Positions 52,214-63,072 of a stretch of 64,000 nt of DNA are shown piece after piece. This DNA is from a virus (lineage: Duplodnaviria > Caudoviricetes). Within the stretch, counting starts at the first letter, position 1. Every line of letters starts with the position of its first letter. A model generated the notes under the pieces. It saw only the letters and a program-made list of their open reading frames with translations. It ran no database searches and had not been told where the DNA came from. Location: positions 1 to 64,000 of IMG/VR virus record IMGVR_UViG_3300032038_000044; one strand, 5' to 3'. The position numbers and the translations under genes were made by a program.

Positions 52214-54008
52214 TTATGAATATAGTAATAGTTTAAAAAGAATACTCTATGAAGATAGAGAATATGACTATTCTAGTTCACTTTGTCCTCTTGTTGGTTC
52301 TAACCTTCATAAAGTAGAAGTTACTGAAGAAAGAGTTAGAAGTTGTATGGATAGCATTAGAGATAAGATAGCTTTTTATAGAGTCTATCCTGATTTATTC
52401 ATTGACGACATAAAAGGACCGGAAAGCGTATTCAAGTTCTATGTTTATCAGAGAGTATTCCTCCGTGCGGTGATGCGTCATCGTTATGTCTACGCTACAT
52501 TCCCTCGTGCCTATTCAAAGTCGTTCCTAACCATGATGAGTCTCATGATTAAATGTATATTATATCCTAACTTACAGTGTGCGGTAACTACTGGTGGTAA
52601 GGAACAGGCGGCATCTATCACCATTGCTAAGATAGAAGAAATTTGTCGTCTTATTCCACCTCTTAGTAATGAAATTAACTGGGCGCGTGGTGCTTCAAAG
52701 AAATCAAGAGACACAGTTGAATATAAATTCAAGAATGGTTCAAGCATAGATATTTTGGCGGCAAAGGAAAGTTCCAGAGGTCAGCGTAGAAATGCACTTG
52801 TTATAGAGGAAAGTATTCTTATGGATGGTGACATCCTTCATGAAATTATTGTTCCTACAACAAACGTCGATAGATTCCTACCTGATGGCTCTAGAGACCC
52901 TAAAGAGATGGCAAATAAATCACAGGTATATATTACAACGGCGGGATGGAAGGGTACCTTCCCTTATGAGCAGATGATAGATACGTTAATCAACGCAGTA
53001 ATAGACCCTGAGCAATATTGTGTAATGGGTGGTACATTCGATACCCCTGTTAAAGAAGGCTTACTAGAAGAAGACTTCGTTACAAAGTTACAGTTAGAGG
53101 GTACGTTCAATGCCAGCTCCTTCGATAGAGAATATCGTAGTGTGTGGGCGGGAGATGCGGAAAATGCTTATTACTCATCAGAAGCCTTTGATAAATGCCG
53201 TGTTTTACAATTACCTGAATGGGAATATAGCGAGAGAAGTACAAAGACAAGTTATTATGTACTTGGAGTCGACGTTGGTAGACTTGGTTGTACTTCAGAA
53301 GTTGCTGTTATCAAGGTTGTACCACAAATAAATGGACCTTCATTGAAGTCATTGGTAAACTTTTACTCGATGGAGGCTAAAGACTTTGAGGAGCAAAGTA
53401 TTAAGTTAAAGCAGTTATATTATAAGTATAGAGCGCGAACAATAGCAATAGATGCTAATGGTGTTGGTGCGGGATTGGTCGATTTCTTAACTAAGACCCA
53501 GATTGACCCGGAGACTAACGAGGAATTACCTCCATTTGGCGTCGAAGGCGGAAACCATGATGACGCGGCAACTCCTTATAAGAATGTTAAGGGCGATGGT
53601 GTTATCAAAGATGCGCTTTATTTAATTAAGGCTAACTTACCTTTTAACTCAGAAGCACATACATATCTTCAGGCTCAAATCGTCAACAGAAAGATTAAAT
53701 TCTTAATTGACGAGAGAGAAGCTAAGATGAAGCTTATGGATACAAAACGTGGACAGCACATGAAGGAAGAAGACAGAATAGGTCGTATCCAACCTTATGT
53801 ATTAACTTCTATCCTTAAAGAGCAAATGATGAACTTAAAAGAAGATTCAGAACAAGGTGCATTAAATACAAGACTTAAACAAATATCTAAAAAGATACCG
53901 AAGGATAGATTCTCTGCTCTTGAGTATGGTTTATACTATGTCAAGCTGCAAGAGGACAATAAGAAACGTAAAAGAGTAAATATGGCTAAATTGTCATTAT
54001 TTAATTAA
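52203..54008 (+). CDS. terL: Terminase large subunit
   Basis: Walker A-like PRAYSKSF, Walker B LVIEE, coupling TTAG, RNase H-like LGVDVG and KDRFSALEY. Confidence 0.92.
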   Translation: MTNDYEYSNSLKRILYEDREYDYSSSLCPLVGSNLHKVEVTEERVRSCMDSIRDKIAFYRVYPDLFIDDIKGPESVFKFYVYQRVFLRAVMRHRYVYATFPRAYSKSFLTMMSLMIKCILYPNLQCAVTTGGKEQAASITIAKIEEICRLIPPLSNEINWARGASKKSRDTVEYKFKNGSSIDILAAKESSRGQRRNALVIEESILMDGDILHEIIVPTTNVDRFLPDGSRDPKEMANKSQVYITTAGWKGTFPYEQMIDTLINAVIDPEQYCVMGGTFDTPVKEGLLEEDFVTKLQLEGTFNASSFDREYRSVWAGDAENAYYSSEAFDKCRVLQLPEWEYSERSTKTSYYVLGVDVGRLGCTSEVAVIKVVPQINGPSLKSLVNFYSMEAKDFEEQSIKLKQLYYKYRARTIAIDANGVGAGLVDFLTKTQIDPETNEELPPFGVEGGNHDDAATPYKNVKGDGVIKDALYLIKANLPFNSEAHTYLQAQIVNRKIKFLIDEREAKMKLMDTKRGQHMKEEDRIGRIQPYVLTSILKEQMMNLKEDSEQGALNTRLKQISKKIPKDRFSALEYGLYYVKLQEDNKKRKRVNMAKLSLFN

Positions 54009-54080
54009 TGAATTCTTGGGCAGAGTCGTTTTAGACACTCTGCCTAATTTTCATATTACATATGGATAGGAGGAATTTAG

Positions 54081-54437
54081 ATGAGAGCCAGTAGAGGCGA
54101 GATTAAAATAGAAGAAATCTTACAAGAAAATGGATTTATATTTGAAGAAGAATACTCTTTTCCAGATTTAGTTGCGGAATCAGGTAGAGCGCTGAGATTT
54201 GACTTTGCAGTATTCACTGATGATGGAGATATAGATTTCCTTATCGAGTATCAAGGCGCGCAACATTATGAGTCTCGTAACCTTTATGGAGGTAAGAAGG
54301 GACTAATACAGCAACAGCATAATGATAAGAAGAAAGTGGAATATTGTCGTAGACATGGGTATAAGTTATTAGTTATACCTTATTGGGATATTTCATTTGT
54401 TGATTATGATTATATTGTAAAAGCGGCTTATAATTAA
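54081..54437 (+). CDS. Very-short-patch/DUF559-like PD-(D/E)XK endonuclease
   Basis: LRFDF...LIEYQGAQHY...DKKK. Confidence 0.75.
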   Translation: MRASRGEIKIEEILQENGFIFEEEYSFPDLVAESGRALRFDFAVFTDDGDIDFLIEYQGAQHYESRNLYGGKKGLIQQQHNDKKKVEYCRRHGYKLLVIPYWDISFVDYDYIVKAAYN

Positions 54438-54499
54438 AAGTGGGTTGACTTTTACCAAAATTTTTGATATAATAAAATAAGTAAGGGGGTAAGTATTCT

Positions 54500-56137
54500 T
54501 TGTATAACAGACTTGATGAAATTAAAAAAGAAGCTATTAAACAAAAAATCTCCTTAGACTTTGAAAAAATAAAAATGGGTATCCAAGAAGTTGATGATGC
54601 AGTCTTAAAACTTGGTTCTACACAAAAAGCTAGACCTAATCTAGCAACTAAAGAGGTTGTTCTAAAAGCAATCGCTGATAAGGATGTAACTAAGTTAAGA
54701 GAAATTTCTGAATACTTCTGTGCGGTAAGCGGTATCTACTCAAGAATATTACGTTACATGGCTAACATGTATAGATATGATTGGTACGTTACTCCTTATG
54801 TTCTAGATGACAAAGTTGACCAGAAGAAACTTGTTACTAAGTTTCAAGAGTCACTTAGATACTTTGATAATTTCAATGTCAAAAGACATTTTGGAGATAT
54901 AGCTTTTAAAGTTCTGCGTGAAGGAGTTTACTATGGATATAAAGTTCCAATGAAGAACTCTTTAGGAATTCAAGAGCTAGACCCTAACTACTGTCGTTCT
55001 AGAATCCTTGACAAGGACTGGAACCCAGTTATCGAGTTTAATATGAGATATTTTGATGACAAGTTCCCTGATGTGCAAGAGAGAATGAAAATTCTCAAAA
55101 TCTTCCCAAAGGAATTTGCCAAAGGATATATGGCTTACAAAAAGCAATCTGCACCAGATATACTTGGTAAGAAAGCTAATGGCTGGTATGTTTTAGACCC
55201 AGCTTGTACTGTAAAATTCTCTGCAACTGATAATGATATTCCATTATTCATTTCAGTTATCCCAATGCTCATTGACCTAGATGAAGCGCAGGGCATCAAT
55301 AGAAAGAGAATGTTACAAGAACTCTTAAAAATTGTCGTTCAAAAACTTCCACTTGATAAGAATGGTGAAATGATTTTTGACGAAGAAGAAATCCAACAAT
55401 TTCATAATAATGCGGTTTATATGCTTTCAAAAGCTATTAACGTAAATGTTCTAACTACACTGGCGGACGTCGAGGTTGAAGACTTGGCTAGCGACCGTTC
55501 AGTACAGAATGACGACCTTGAGACTGTTGAAAGACAGGTTTACAATGAGAGTGGTATTTCACAATTAATGTTTAACAGTACCGGTAATATTGCTCTTACA
55601 ATGTCAGAACTCAATGACGAGTCTACAATGTATAACTTAATCTTACAGTTCCAAGATTTCTTAAATGGAACAATTAAGGCATTTGATATTAAAAATAAAG
55701 TTAATTTTGGTATTCAGATACTTTTAACAACTTGGTACAATTACAAGGATATGGCTAAGGCTTACAAAGAGCAGACACAACTTGGTTTCTCTAAGATGTT
55801 ACCTGCTATTGCATTAGGTCAAAGTCAGAGTAGTATTTTAGCAACTGCTTACTTTGAGAATGATGTTCTTAACCTTGTAACTAAGTTCATTCCTCCATTA
55901 AGTTCTAACGTTATGAACGCGGAAGTGCTTGCAACACAAGGTCCTAATGGTCTAGGAACTGCGGCAACCGGTGGTAAGGGTATCAAAATCGAGAAACAGG
56001 ATACCACAAAGGAGAGTGGCAACTCTCCAGCCGCCGCACCTAAAGAACAACCTACAGGTGAAGGTGCCGGTAGACCAGAAAAACCTGATAATGAAAAGTC
56101 TACAAAGACTTTACAAAATATAGAGTCACAATCATAG
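54500..56137 (+). CDS. Portal protein
   Basis: 545 aa, position after terL, own promoter (TTGACT-17-TATAAT near 54446), TTG start. Confidence 0.75.
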   Translation: MYNRLDEIKKEAIKQKISLDFEKIKMGIQEVDDAVLKLGSTQKARPNLATKEVVLKAIADKDVTKLREISEYFCAVSGIYSRILRYMANMYRYDWYVTPYVLDDKVDQKKLVTKFQESLRYFDNFNVKRHFGDIAFKVLREGVYYGYKVPMKNSLGIQELDPNYCRSRILDKDWNPVIEFNMRYFDDKFPDVQERMKILKIFPKEFAKGYMAYKKQSAPDILGKKANGWYVLDPACTVKFSATDNDIPLFISVIPMLIDLDEAQGINRKRMLQELLKIVVQKLPLDKNGEMIFDEEEIQQFHNNAVYMLSKAINVNVLTTLADVEVEDLASDRSVQNDDLETVERQVYNESGISQLMFNSTGNIALTMSELNDESTMYNLILQFQDFLNGTIKAFDIKNKVNFGIQILLTTWYNYKDMAKAYKEQTQLGFSKMLPAIALGQSQSSILATAYFENDVLNLVTKFIPPLSSNVMNAEVLATQGPNGLGTAATGGKGIKIEKQDTTKESGNSPAAAPKEQPTGEGAGRPEKPDNEKSTKTLQNIESQS

Positions 56138-56150
56138 GAGGAACGTATTA

Positions 56151-57536
56151 ATGAGTTATCTTAATATGCAATGTATTGGTGACCCAGAGTTTATTAATGT
56201 TACTTCAGTAAGTCCCTTAATCTCCGAATGTGAGATTAAGGTACTTTACCTTGGTCAGAATAGAAATGGAAGCTTTATATCAAAGGAAGTAGCTACTAAA
56301 ATGGCTGAAACACTTCCTGGTAGTCCTATCGTAGGTCACTACATAGAGAACAAGCAAGATTTTGGTGACCATGGTGAGCAACTTATCATAGACGATGAAG
56401 GGTTACGCTTTAACAAATTAACAAAACCTTATGGATTTGTTGCTCCTACTGCTAGAATTTGGTTTCAGAAGTTTAATGAAACTGATATGATGGGTAATAC
56501 AGTTGAAAGAGAATATCTTATGACAACTGGTTATCTATGGACTGGTAAGTATCCAGAATGTAAAAGAGCGGTAGAAGAGGGAAATCCGCACTCAATGGAA
56601 TTAGATGAAGAAACTCTTGAAGGAACTTGGGCAACACAGCCTGATTCTTATATGGAATTTTTCATAATAAATGACGCAGTATTCTCTGCACTTTGCATTT
56701 TAGGTGAAGATGTAGAACCTTGTTTTGAAGGTAGTGAAGTTACTGCACCACAGATTAGTTCTAAGTTTTCTGCTGATAGTCAGTTTAATAAAGATTTAGC
56801 AACTATGATGACACAGTTAAAGAATTTTATGTTACAAGGAGGATTTGATAAAATGGAAAATCAGAACGCTGAAAACACTGTAGCGCTTGAAAATCCAGAT
56901 TCTTCTGCTATTGTTGATAATAACGCTGAATATACAGTTGAGGCTGCTCCAGTAGCACCTGCTGAGACTGCAACTCCAGCACCAGAAGCTGAAAATTTTT
57001 CTGCTGAACTGGGCAACGCAAATGAAACTGAAACAGCTAACGCTGAAGTTAATGTGACAGAGGATTTTGCTAAAGAAGACGATAAGAAGAAAGAAGAAGA
57101 CGACAAAAATTCTGAAAACAAAGAAGAGGATGATAAAAAAGAAGATGACAAGAAGAAAGAGGAAGAAGATAAATTCGCACTTCTTTCACAGTCATTAGAA
57201 GAGCAGAAAGCAGCTTATGCTGAACTTGAAGCTAAGTATCAGGCTCTTGTAGAGTTTAAGAATGAAGTAGACCTTGAGAAAAAGAATAAACTTATTTCTG
57301 AGTTTAGTTTCTTATCAGAAGAAGATTTAGCAGATGTTAAGGCTAATATTTCTAACTACAGCTTAGATGAAATTGAGTCAAAGCTTTCAGTTATTGCAGT
57401 TAGAAAGAAAGTTAATTTCTCTGCTATTGGTAATGATGATGAACAGGGCATTGTAAACCTTGACTCATTAAATAACATTGAAGATGATGGACAGCCTGCA
57501 TGGGTTAAAGCCGTTCAGGCACACTCAACTATTTAA
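56151..57536 (+). CDS. Prohead protease / scaffolding protein
   Basis: GQNRNGSFI, DFGDHG, HSMEL, LCILG..VEPCFEGS; acidic coiled C-terminus. Confidence 0.8.
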   Translation: MSYLNMQCIGDPEFINVTSVSPLISECEIKVLYLGQNRNGSFISKEVATKMAETLPGSPIVGHYIENKQDFGDHGEQLIIDDEGLRFNKLTKPYGFVAPTARIWFQKFNETDMMGNTVEREYLMTTGYLWTGKYPECKRAVEEGNPHSMELDEETLEGTWATQPDSYMEFFIINDAVFSALCILGEDVEPCFEGSEVTAPQISSKFSADSQFNKDLATMMTQLKNFMLQGGFDKMENQNAENTVALENPDSSAIVDNNAEYTVEAAPVAPAETATPAPEAENFSAELGNANETETANAEVNVTEDFAKEDDKKKEEDDKNSENKEEDDKKEDDKKKEEEDKFALLSQSLEEQKAAYAELEAKYQALVEFKNEVDLEKKNKLISEFSFLSEEDLADVKANISNYSLDEIESKLSVIAVRKKVNFSAIGNDDEQGIVNLDSLNNIEDDGQPAWVKAVQAHSTI

Positions 57537-57559
57537 TAATAATATAGGAGGAAATAATA

Positions 57560-58162
57560 ATGGCATTCACAAGAAATGGCTATGGACAGATTGAACCTAA
57601 TCAGTTATCTGCTCAGAAAACAGGTCAGATTTATGCTAGTCTTCCACTTGATAGCGCAGTATCAGTTCTTGAGAATGGTACATTTATGTACTATAACTAC
57701 GCAACTGGTAAAGTAACTGCTGATGGTGAAGGCGAGCCAATGTTAGTATATAACGAAATCAAGTTATATGATGATTGGAGAAATAGACTTAAAGACTTCG
57801 CTCTAATCAGAGTTGGTGATAACTATGTTACATCAGACTTAGTTACAGATGAAATGAAGTATGATTCTGGTATTAATCCAGACCCAGCACACACAGAAGC
57901 TCCATATAGAATGGATGGTTTCGCACCAAGACTTTTCAAGACAAATGTTGGTGATATCTACACAACAAACATGGTTAAGGTTGATGGTACTGTTGATTAC
58001 GCACAGGGCGATTACCTTGCACCAGTTAAGGATAGCGCAAAGAAAGTTCTTGTTCTTGAGAAGAAGGACAGCAAGCCAGCTTCAGGTATGGTTTGGGTAG
58101 TTGCAAAGAGATACACAATGCCTGACGGTCAGCCAGGTGTTAAGCTACAGAGAATTCAGTAA
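57560..58162 (+). CDS. Capsid decoration / head structural protein
   Basis: Between protease and capsid; GYGQIEPN.LSAQKTGQI. Confidence 0.7.
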   Translation: MAFTRNGYGQIEPNQLSAQKTGQIYASLPLDSAVSVLENGTFMYYNYATGKVTADGEGEPMLVYNEIKLYDDWRNRLKDFALIRVGDNYVTSDLVTDEMKYDSGINPDPAHTEAPYRMDGFAPRLFKTNVGDIYTTNMVKVDGTVDYAQGDYLAPVKDSAKKVLVLEKKDSKPASGMVWVVAKRYTMPDGQPGVKLQRIQ

Positions 58163-58178
58163 GGAGGAGGAAAAAGAA

Positions 58179-59222
58179 ATGGCTTTAGAATACGCACAGT
58201 TAGTAGAGCTTGCAAAGGCTACTGCAAAAGCAAATCCATCTGCTCCAACTTCTTATTCTTTTGGTGGAGCAAATCTTTCATATGAAGCTATGAACGCTAC
58301 TCTTCGTGAAGAGCTTGAAGGTCTTGCTAGTACATATTCTCTTTACAGAGAGAATAAGAACGTAATCTTCTCACTTATCGAAGAGACAATCAATGACGTT
58401 CTTCCAAAGAAGGTTCTTGATTCATATGGTCAGTTCGCTGAAATTAAAACATTTAATCAGGGTGACAAGCCTGTATTTACACAGAGAATTACTACAGCTT
58501 CTAAGCGTAGAGCAAAACAGTTCATCGGTAAAGTTGGTCTAGCTGGTCTTTACGAAGTATTCAGACTAGATGGTGCTACTTATGAAGTACCTACAAATGC
58601 TATCGGTGGTGCTGCACAGATTGGCTTCGAAGAGTTCCTTGATGGTAGAGTAAACTTCGCAGACGTTCTTGACATCGTTCTTGAGGGTCTTGATGAGTGC
58701 ATCTACCTTGAAATTGAGAAACAGCTTCTTGGCGCAATCAACAACATCCAGAGTGCAAATAAGGTATCTAAGAACACATTTGATGAAAAGGAAATGGATA
58801 GACTTATCGCTATCGCAGATTCATATGGTTCAAAGGCAGCTATTTATTGTACTTATGAGTTTGCTGCAACAATCGTTCCTGAGAGCGGTTGGGTTTCTGA
58901 TGAAATGAGAAACCAGAAGTGGGCAAACGGTTACCTTGCTAACTACAAGGGACATAAGGTTATTGTTCTTCCACAGTCATTTGAAGATGAAACAAATGAA
59001 ATCGAAGTAATTGACAATCAGTACGCTTGGATTATCCCACAGGGTACAGATAAGCCAATCAAGATTGCATTTGAAGGTGGAGCAATCGCTGAGGAGTATA
59101 CAAACTATGACAAGAGTAAAGAAATTCAGATTTACAAGAAAGTCGGTGTAAGAGCAATCTTCACTCCAGACATCTGCGTATATCAGAATACTTCTCTTGC
59201 TAGACCAGTATATTCTGTATAA
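58179..59222 (+). CDS. Major capsid protein (HK97 fold inferred)
   Basis: 347 aa; strong SD AAGGAGGAGG; highly expressed-type codon usage; position. Confidence 0.85.
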   Translation: MALEYAQLVELAKATAKANPSAPTSYSFGGANLSYEAMNATLREELEGLASTYSLYRENKNVIFSLIEETINDVLPKKVLDSYGQFAEIKTFNQGDKPVFTQRITTASKRRAKQFIGKVGLAGLYEVFRLDGATYEVPTNAIGGAAQIGFEEFLDGRVNFADVLDIVLEGLDECIYLEIEKQLLGAINNIQSANKVSKNTFDEKEMDRLIAIADSYGSKAAIYCTYEFAATIVPESGWVSDEMRNQKWANGYLANYKGHKVIVLPQSFEDETNEIEVIDNQYAWIIPQGTDKPIKIAFEGGAIAEEYTNYDKSKEIQIYKKVGVRAIFTPDICVYQNTSLARPVYSV

Positions 59223-59237
59223 GAGGTAAAATTGTAT

Positions 59238-59272
59238 AAGGGGAAGGATAGATATTCTTCCCCTTTTCTTTT
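59238..59272 (+). terminator. Intrinsic terminator after the capsid gene
   Basis: AAGGGGAAG...CTTCCCCTT followed by a T run. Confidence 0.75.
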
Positions 59273-59297
59273 TTGAGATTACAAGGAGATAAAAATT

Positions 59298-59876
59298 ATG
59301 ATAGATAAAATGAAACTAATTCCTGTTAGAAATAGAAACAATGGTAGAACTGGATATTACCTACCAAACTCAAGAGCTAACAGAACATGGGAAAAGATAG
59401 GACAGGTTATGAACATTCCATTTGGAGAACTCCAGGAACTTCAGTGGACAGATGGCGGAGACTTCATTCTAAAGAACCTTCTTGTTGTAGAAGATAAGGA
59501 AGCTCTAGCAGAACTTAATATGAATGTCGAGCCAGAATATTTCTTTGATGATGCAGAAATTAAAGAAATCTTGTTAGGAACAACTCAAGAAAGCTTAGAC
59601 AGACTTGAGGACTTATTAAACTTTGCACCAACTGGTGTAATTGAATTAGCAAAAGATTTAGCAGTTAGTTTACAGATACCTGATACAAGAAAAAGAGATT
59701 TAATCTCGAAGAAGACAGGTTTTAACGTAAACAAAGCTATTGAAATAAAGGTTACTTGCGCGCCAGAAGAGACTGCGGAAACTGCTCCTGCAAAGCCAGA
59801 GAGAAAGGCTACAGTAGAAAGCGCTAAGACAGAGACACCTTCCGCACCAACTAGAAAGGTTGTCATAAAGAAATAA
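59298..59876 (+). CDS. Virion-associated hypothetical protein
   Basis: Position after capsid; low-complexity C-terminus. Confidence 0.65.
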   Translation: MIDKMKLIPVRNRNNGRTGYYLPNSRANRTWEKIGQVMNIPFGELQELQWTDGGDFILKNLLVVEDKEALAELNMNVEPEYFFDDAEIKEILLGTTQESLDRLEDLLNFAPTGVIELAKDLAVSLQIPDTRKRDLISKKTGFNVNKAIEIKVTCAPEETAETAPAKPERKATVESAKTETPSAPTRKVVIKK

Positions 59877-59892
59877 TAAAGGAGGCAACGAT

Positions 59893-60456
59893 ATGGGTAC
59901 TACGTCTTTTACCGTTGTCTATGATAGTTTTTTTAACAGAGTAACAGATTCAATGTACGTTGATACTGATATGACAGAGGTTGAAGTTTTTGAACAGCTT
60001 CAACCTCTTTTAATAAATGGACTTCATAGATTTGAATTCCCTAGATTTGACCTTTATGATTATGAAGAGGGTCAGCTAGAAGATGTCGGTATCTACAATG
60101 GATACGAGTCTGACTATAAGGATGCTACTATCATAGCGTGGGTTGGCGGACAGTTCAATTCAGAACTAACACAAGAAGAGATTAACATTCTCGCTCTTTG
60201 TATGGTTGTTGAATGGTTTGAAACTCAGTTAGCCAATACTGAATTAACAAGAGAGAAATACTCTGGTTCAGATTTTAAGTTTACTTCTCAAGCTAATCAC
60301 ATGGCTAAGTTAAAGAATATGATAGAATATGCTGATAAAGACTTAAAGCATATGCAAAGACTTTACAAGAGAAGAGTAATGACTGAGAGCGGTGCTAAGT
60401 CTACTATGGCTATGATAATGCAGCCACCTACTTATGGTCTGGGAATAGACGAATAA
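59893..60456 (+). CDS. Head-tail adaptor (putative)
   Basis: DFKFTSQANH..KL motif; position. Confidence 0.65.
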   Translation: MGTTSFTVVYDSFFNRVTDSMYVDTDMTEVEVFEQLQPLLINGLHRFEFPRFDLYDYEEGQLEDVGIYNGYESDYKDATIIAWVGGQFNSELTQEEINILALCMVVEWFETQLANTELTREKYSGSDFKFTSQANHMAKLKNMIEYADKDLKHMQRLYKRRVMTESGAKSTMAMIMQPPTYGLGIDE

Positions 60457-60469
60457 GGAGGATTACATC

Positions 60470-60790
60470 ATGCACGTTACAATTTATAATGAGCCTATAA
60501 CAGATGCGGTTCTTCTTAACAACATAAATAGACTTAGTGATAGAATATTTAAACTTCTCCCTATGAGAGAAGAGGGCAGAGATTGGAACAACTCCTTACA
60601 TAATCTATTAATAGAGATTGTGGGATTAAATAAGATATTAGAAGAAAGCGGTCAAACAATCTTATTTAATGTAATAATAAAGTTAAAGGCATTAGAGACA
60701 CTCGATAAAGAAGATGATTTCTTTGATTTTAGAAAAGTTATCTTTGAGTGTTTAAGTCTAATGAACAAGTTGAAAAAATGGGTGGGTTAG
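60470..60790 (+). CDS. Hypothetical protein
   Basis: IFKLLPMREEG ... FRK.IFEC. Confidence 0.7.
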   Translation: MHVTIYNEPITDAVLLNNINRLSDRIFKLLPMREEGRDWNNSLHNLLIEIVGLNKILEESGQTILFNVIIKLKALETLDKEDDFFDFRKVIFECLSLMNKLKKWVG

Positions 60791-61668
60791 ATAACCTTAA
60801 ATTTAGGCTTGGCTATTTAGGTAATACGCAGGATGACCGCAACGTAAAGAAAAAGTTATTGTCTTTACAATCTGCATTAAAAAATAGTTACCAAGCAGAA
60901 TGGATACATTTAGATAATTCTGATGAAACTAAATGTAGATGTTTAATAAACCCCAATAAATTGACAGATGATATTGATAAGAAAATAATATCTATCGAGT
61001 TCTCTTATGGATTAAAAGAGGGCGACACTTTTTATTGGGATAGGACAGATAGTCATTGGCTGGTATATCTACAACAGTATACAGAGGAAGCTTATTTCAG
61101 AGCAAATATTGAACGTTGTGATTATCAGTTTGATGTTAATGATAATAAATATTGGGTATATGTAAGAGGTCCAGTAGAAACTGATTTAGAATGGATGTCA
61201 AAACACAATATTGCTTTTAACACAATGAACTATTCATTAGTATTAAATATCACAAAGAATGAAGAAACATTAGCTTTCTTCGACAGATTAAATATTGTCA
61301 AGTTTAATGGACATAATTGGAGAGTTGAGGCAACTGATAAATACTCACAGAAAGGTATCATTCAAGTATACCTAGGTGAATACCATGACAATGAAATGGC
61401 GGACGCCAAGGTTGAACCTCAACCAATAGAGAGTGAAATAAGCGGACCGCAGATAGTTCACTGTTACGACACTGGATTGGAGTATGCGGTGACTGGTGAG
61501 ACCGAAGGTAGATGGGAGGTCGCTCCCGCATCTAAAGCTGTCATTGTTTCATCTACTTCTTCCTCTTGTTCATTAGACATTATTGCTAGTAGAAAATGTA
61601 AGATTACATTATCTTATATAACAGATGATAGTAGGATTGATTTACCTATATCAGTAGAATCAATCTAA
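60778..61668 (+). CDS. Head-closure/neck protein (putative)
   Basis: Beta-rich; G..F.W....WLVY repeat pattern; position. Confidence 0.6.
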   Translation: MGGLDNLKFRLGYLGNTQDDRNVKKKLLSLQSALKNSYQAEWIHLDNSDETKCRCLINPNKLTDDIDKKIISIEFSYGLKEGDTFYWDRTDSHWLVYLQQYTEEAYFRANIERCDYQFDVNDNKYWVYVRGPVETDLEWMSKHNIAFNTMNYSLVLNITKNEETLAFFDRLNIVKFNGHNWRVEATDKYSQKGIIQVYLGEYHDNEMADAKVEPQPIESEISGPQIVHCYDTGLEYAVTGETEGRWEVAPASKAVIVSSTSSSCSLDIIASRKCKITLSYITDDSRIDLPISVESI

Positions 61669-61680
61669 AGGAGTGCGCTT

Positions 61681-62301
61681 ATGGGAAAAATGGGAAAATT
61701 CAATACTTATACAAATAGATTTGAGTCAACCTTTTTAAGTGCTAACAAGGACACAGAAGAGATAATTAAAAGATTATTTGTAGATAATCCTTACAAAGAA
61801 GACTTACTTCGTCTATTGGTGGTTAATACACCAGATTGCTTAACTGATAGAACTAATTCCGCTTATAAAGCAAAGATTAGAACTATGACACCGGCAAAAT
61901 TAAGACAAGATGGTTATCTAAAGTTATCTCCTAAGATTGGCTTAAAAGAGAACGAAGAAGCTAAAAGTTATATAATTATATCTTTTACAAGTTTTGTTCC
62001 AACTGATAATCACTATTATAGAGATTGCGTAATGACCATTGATATTCAATGTCCTATTGATGAATTTGAAATGGATAATTATGGTATAAGACCTCTAATG
62101 ATAGCTGGTTATATTGACGCTATCCTCAATGAAAGTAAACTATCGGGTATAGGTACTCTTCAATTTGTTGGTATGTCAGAAATCACACTAGAAGAAAATC
62201 TAGGTGGTTACTGTTTAATGTATCAATCTACACATGGTGCAGATGATGTAATCCCTATTGAGGATGGTGAAGAGGATGAAGACGAACTACCTTCTATATA
62301 A
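61681..62301 (+). CDS. Tail-completion/terminator-like protein (putative)
   Basis: Position; RPLMIAGYIDA.LN...L.GIG.LQF. Confidence 0.55.
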   Translation: MGKMGKFNTYTNRFESTFLSANKDTEEIIKRLFVDNPYKEDLLRLLVVNTPDCLTDRTNSAYKAKIRTMTPAKLRQDGYLKLSPKIGLKENEEAKSYIIISFTSFVPTDNHYYRDCVMTIDIQCPIDEFEMDNYGIRPLMIAGYIDAILNESKLSGIGTLQFVGMSEITLEENLGGYCLMYQSTHGADDVIPIEDGEEDEDELPSI

Positions 62302-63010
62302 CACAAAAATAGATATTCCTTTTGCTGAAATGGGTTGTAGTTTACACAACCCAACAGTAGAAGAGATAAGTCTTATAGGGGAAAGGGAGTTTCATATTGC
62401 GGTAGAGATGGTAATATCTATACCAAAAAATTTACTAGACCAGGGCAAAGCTGTTTCAGAGGACATAACAGACTTTGATATATTTATGACGATGATAAAC
62501 CATCAAGATTATAAAGAGTATAAAAACTGTGTCTTAATGTTGTTTAGTTTACTTTTTGTAAATTGTTCTATAAAGGTCTTAAAAGACCATATAGAAATTA
62601 TTGATGAAAATCAAGCAATTCATTTGCTAAATAAAACAAATTTTGAAGCTCTGCAAACCACATTCATTCATATGTTTAAGACAGAGAAAGAAGAAAAAGA
62701 AATGACAAAGCCCGCTGATGGGTTAGCAAAGAAGATTGCAGAAAAGATAGCCGCCGGTAAGAGAAAAAGAGAAGAAATAAAGGGGAAGAAAAACACCACT
62801 GATACTTCCGATATGAGTATCTATAAAAGATACGCATCTATTCTTGCTGTTGGTGAACAAAAGGATATTAATATCCTTTACAAATATACTCCTAAACAAT
62901 TAAAAGAGGAGTTTGAACGATATCAAAAGAAGATTGCTTTTGATAATTATGTTGCCGCTCGATTAGCTGGTGCGACTGATATAGACGAACCAGAGAATTG
63001 GATGGAATAA
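62276..63010 (+). CDS. Hypothetical tail-module protein
   Basis: ORF between neck genes and major tail gene. Confidence 0.6.
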   Translation: MKTNYLLYNTKIDIPFAEMGCSLHNPTVEEISLIGEREFHIAVEMVISIPKNLLDQGKAVSEDITDFDIFMTMINHQDYKEYKNCVLMLFSLLFVNCSIKVLKDHIEIIDENQAIHLLNKTNFEALQTTFIHMFKTEKEEKEMTKPADGLAKKIAEKIAAGKRKREEIKGKKNTTDTSDMSIYKRYASILAVGEQKDINILYKYTPKQLKEEFERYQKKIAFDNYVAARLAGATDIDEPENWME

Positions 63011-63072
63011 ACAGTAAATAATCTATAAAAGATTATTTCACATAACCTAAATACTTTAAGGAGGAAAATTGT

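Noticed and set aside
10788-59888. Numerous opposite-strand ORFs in the track (e.g. 11589, 11934, 12190, 21231, 22776, 28329, 41600, 50441, 56861, 59585)
   Set aside because: Antisense shadows of well-supported genes, with no SD and low-complexity hydrophobic translations
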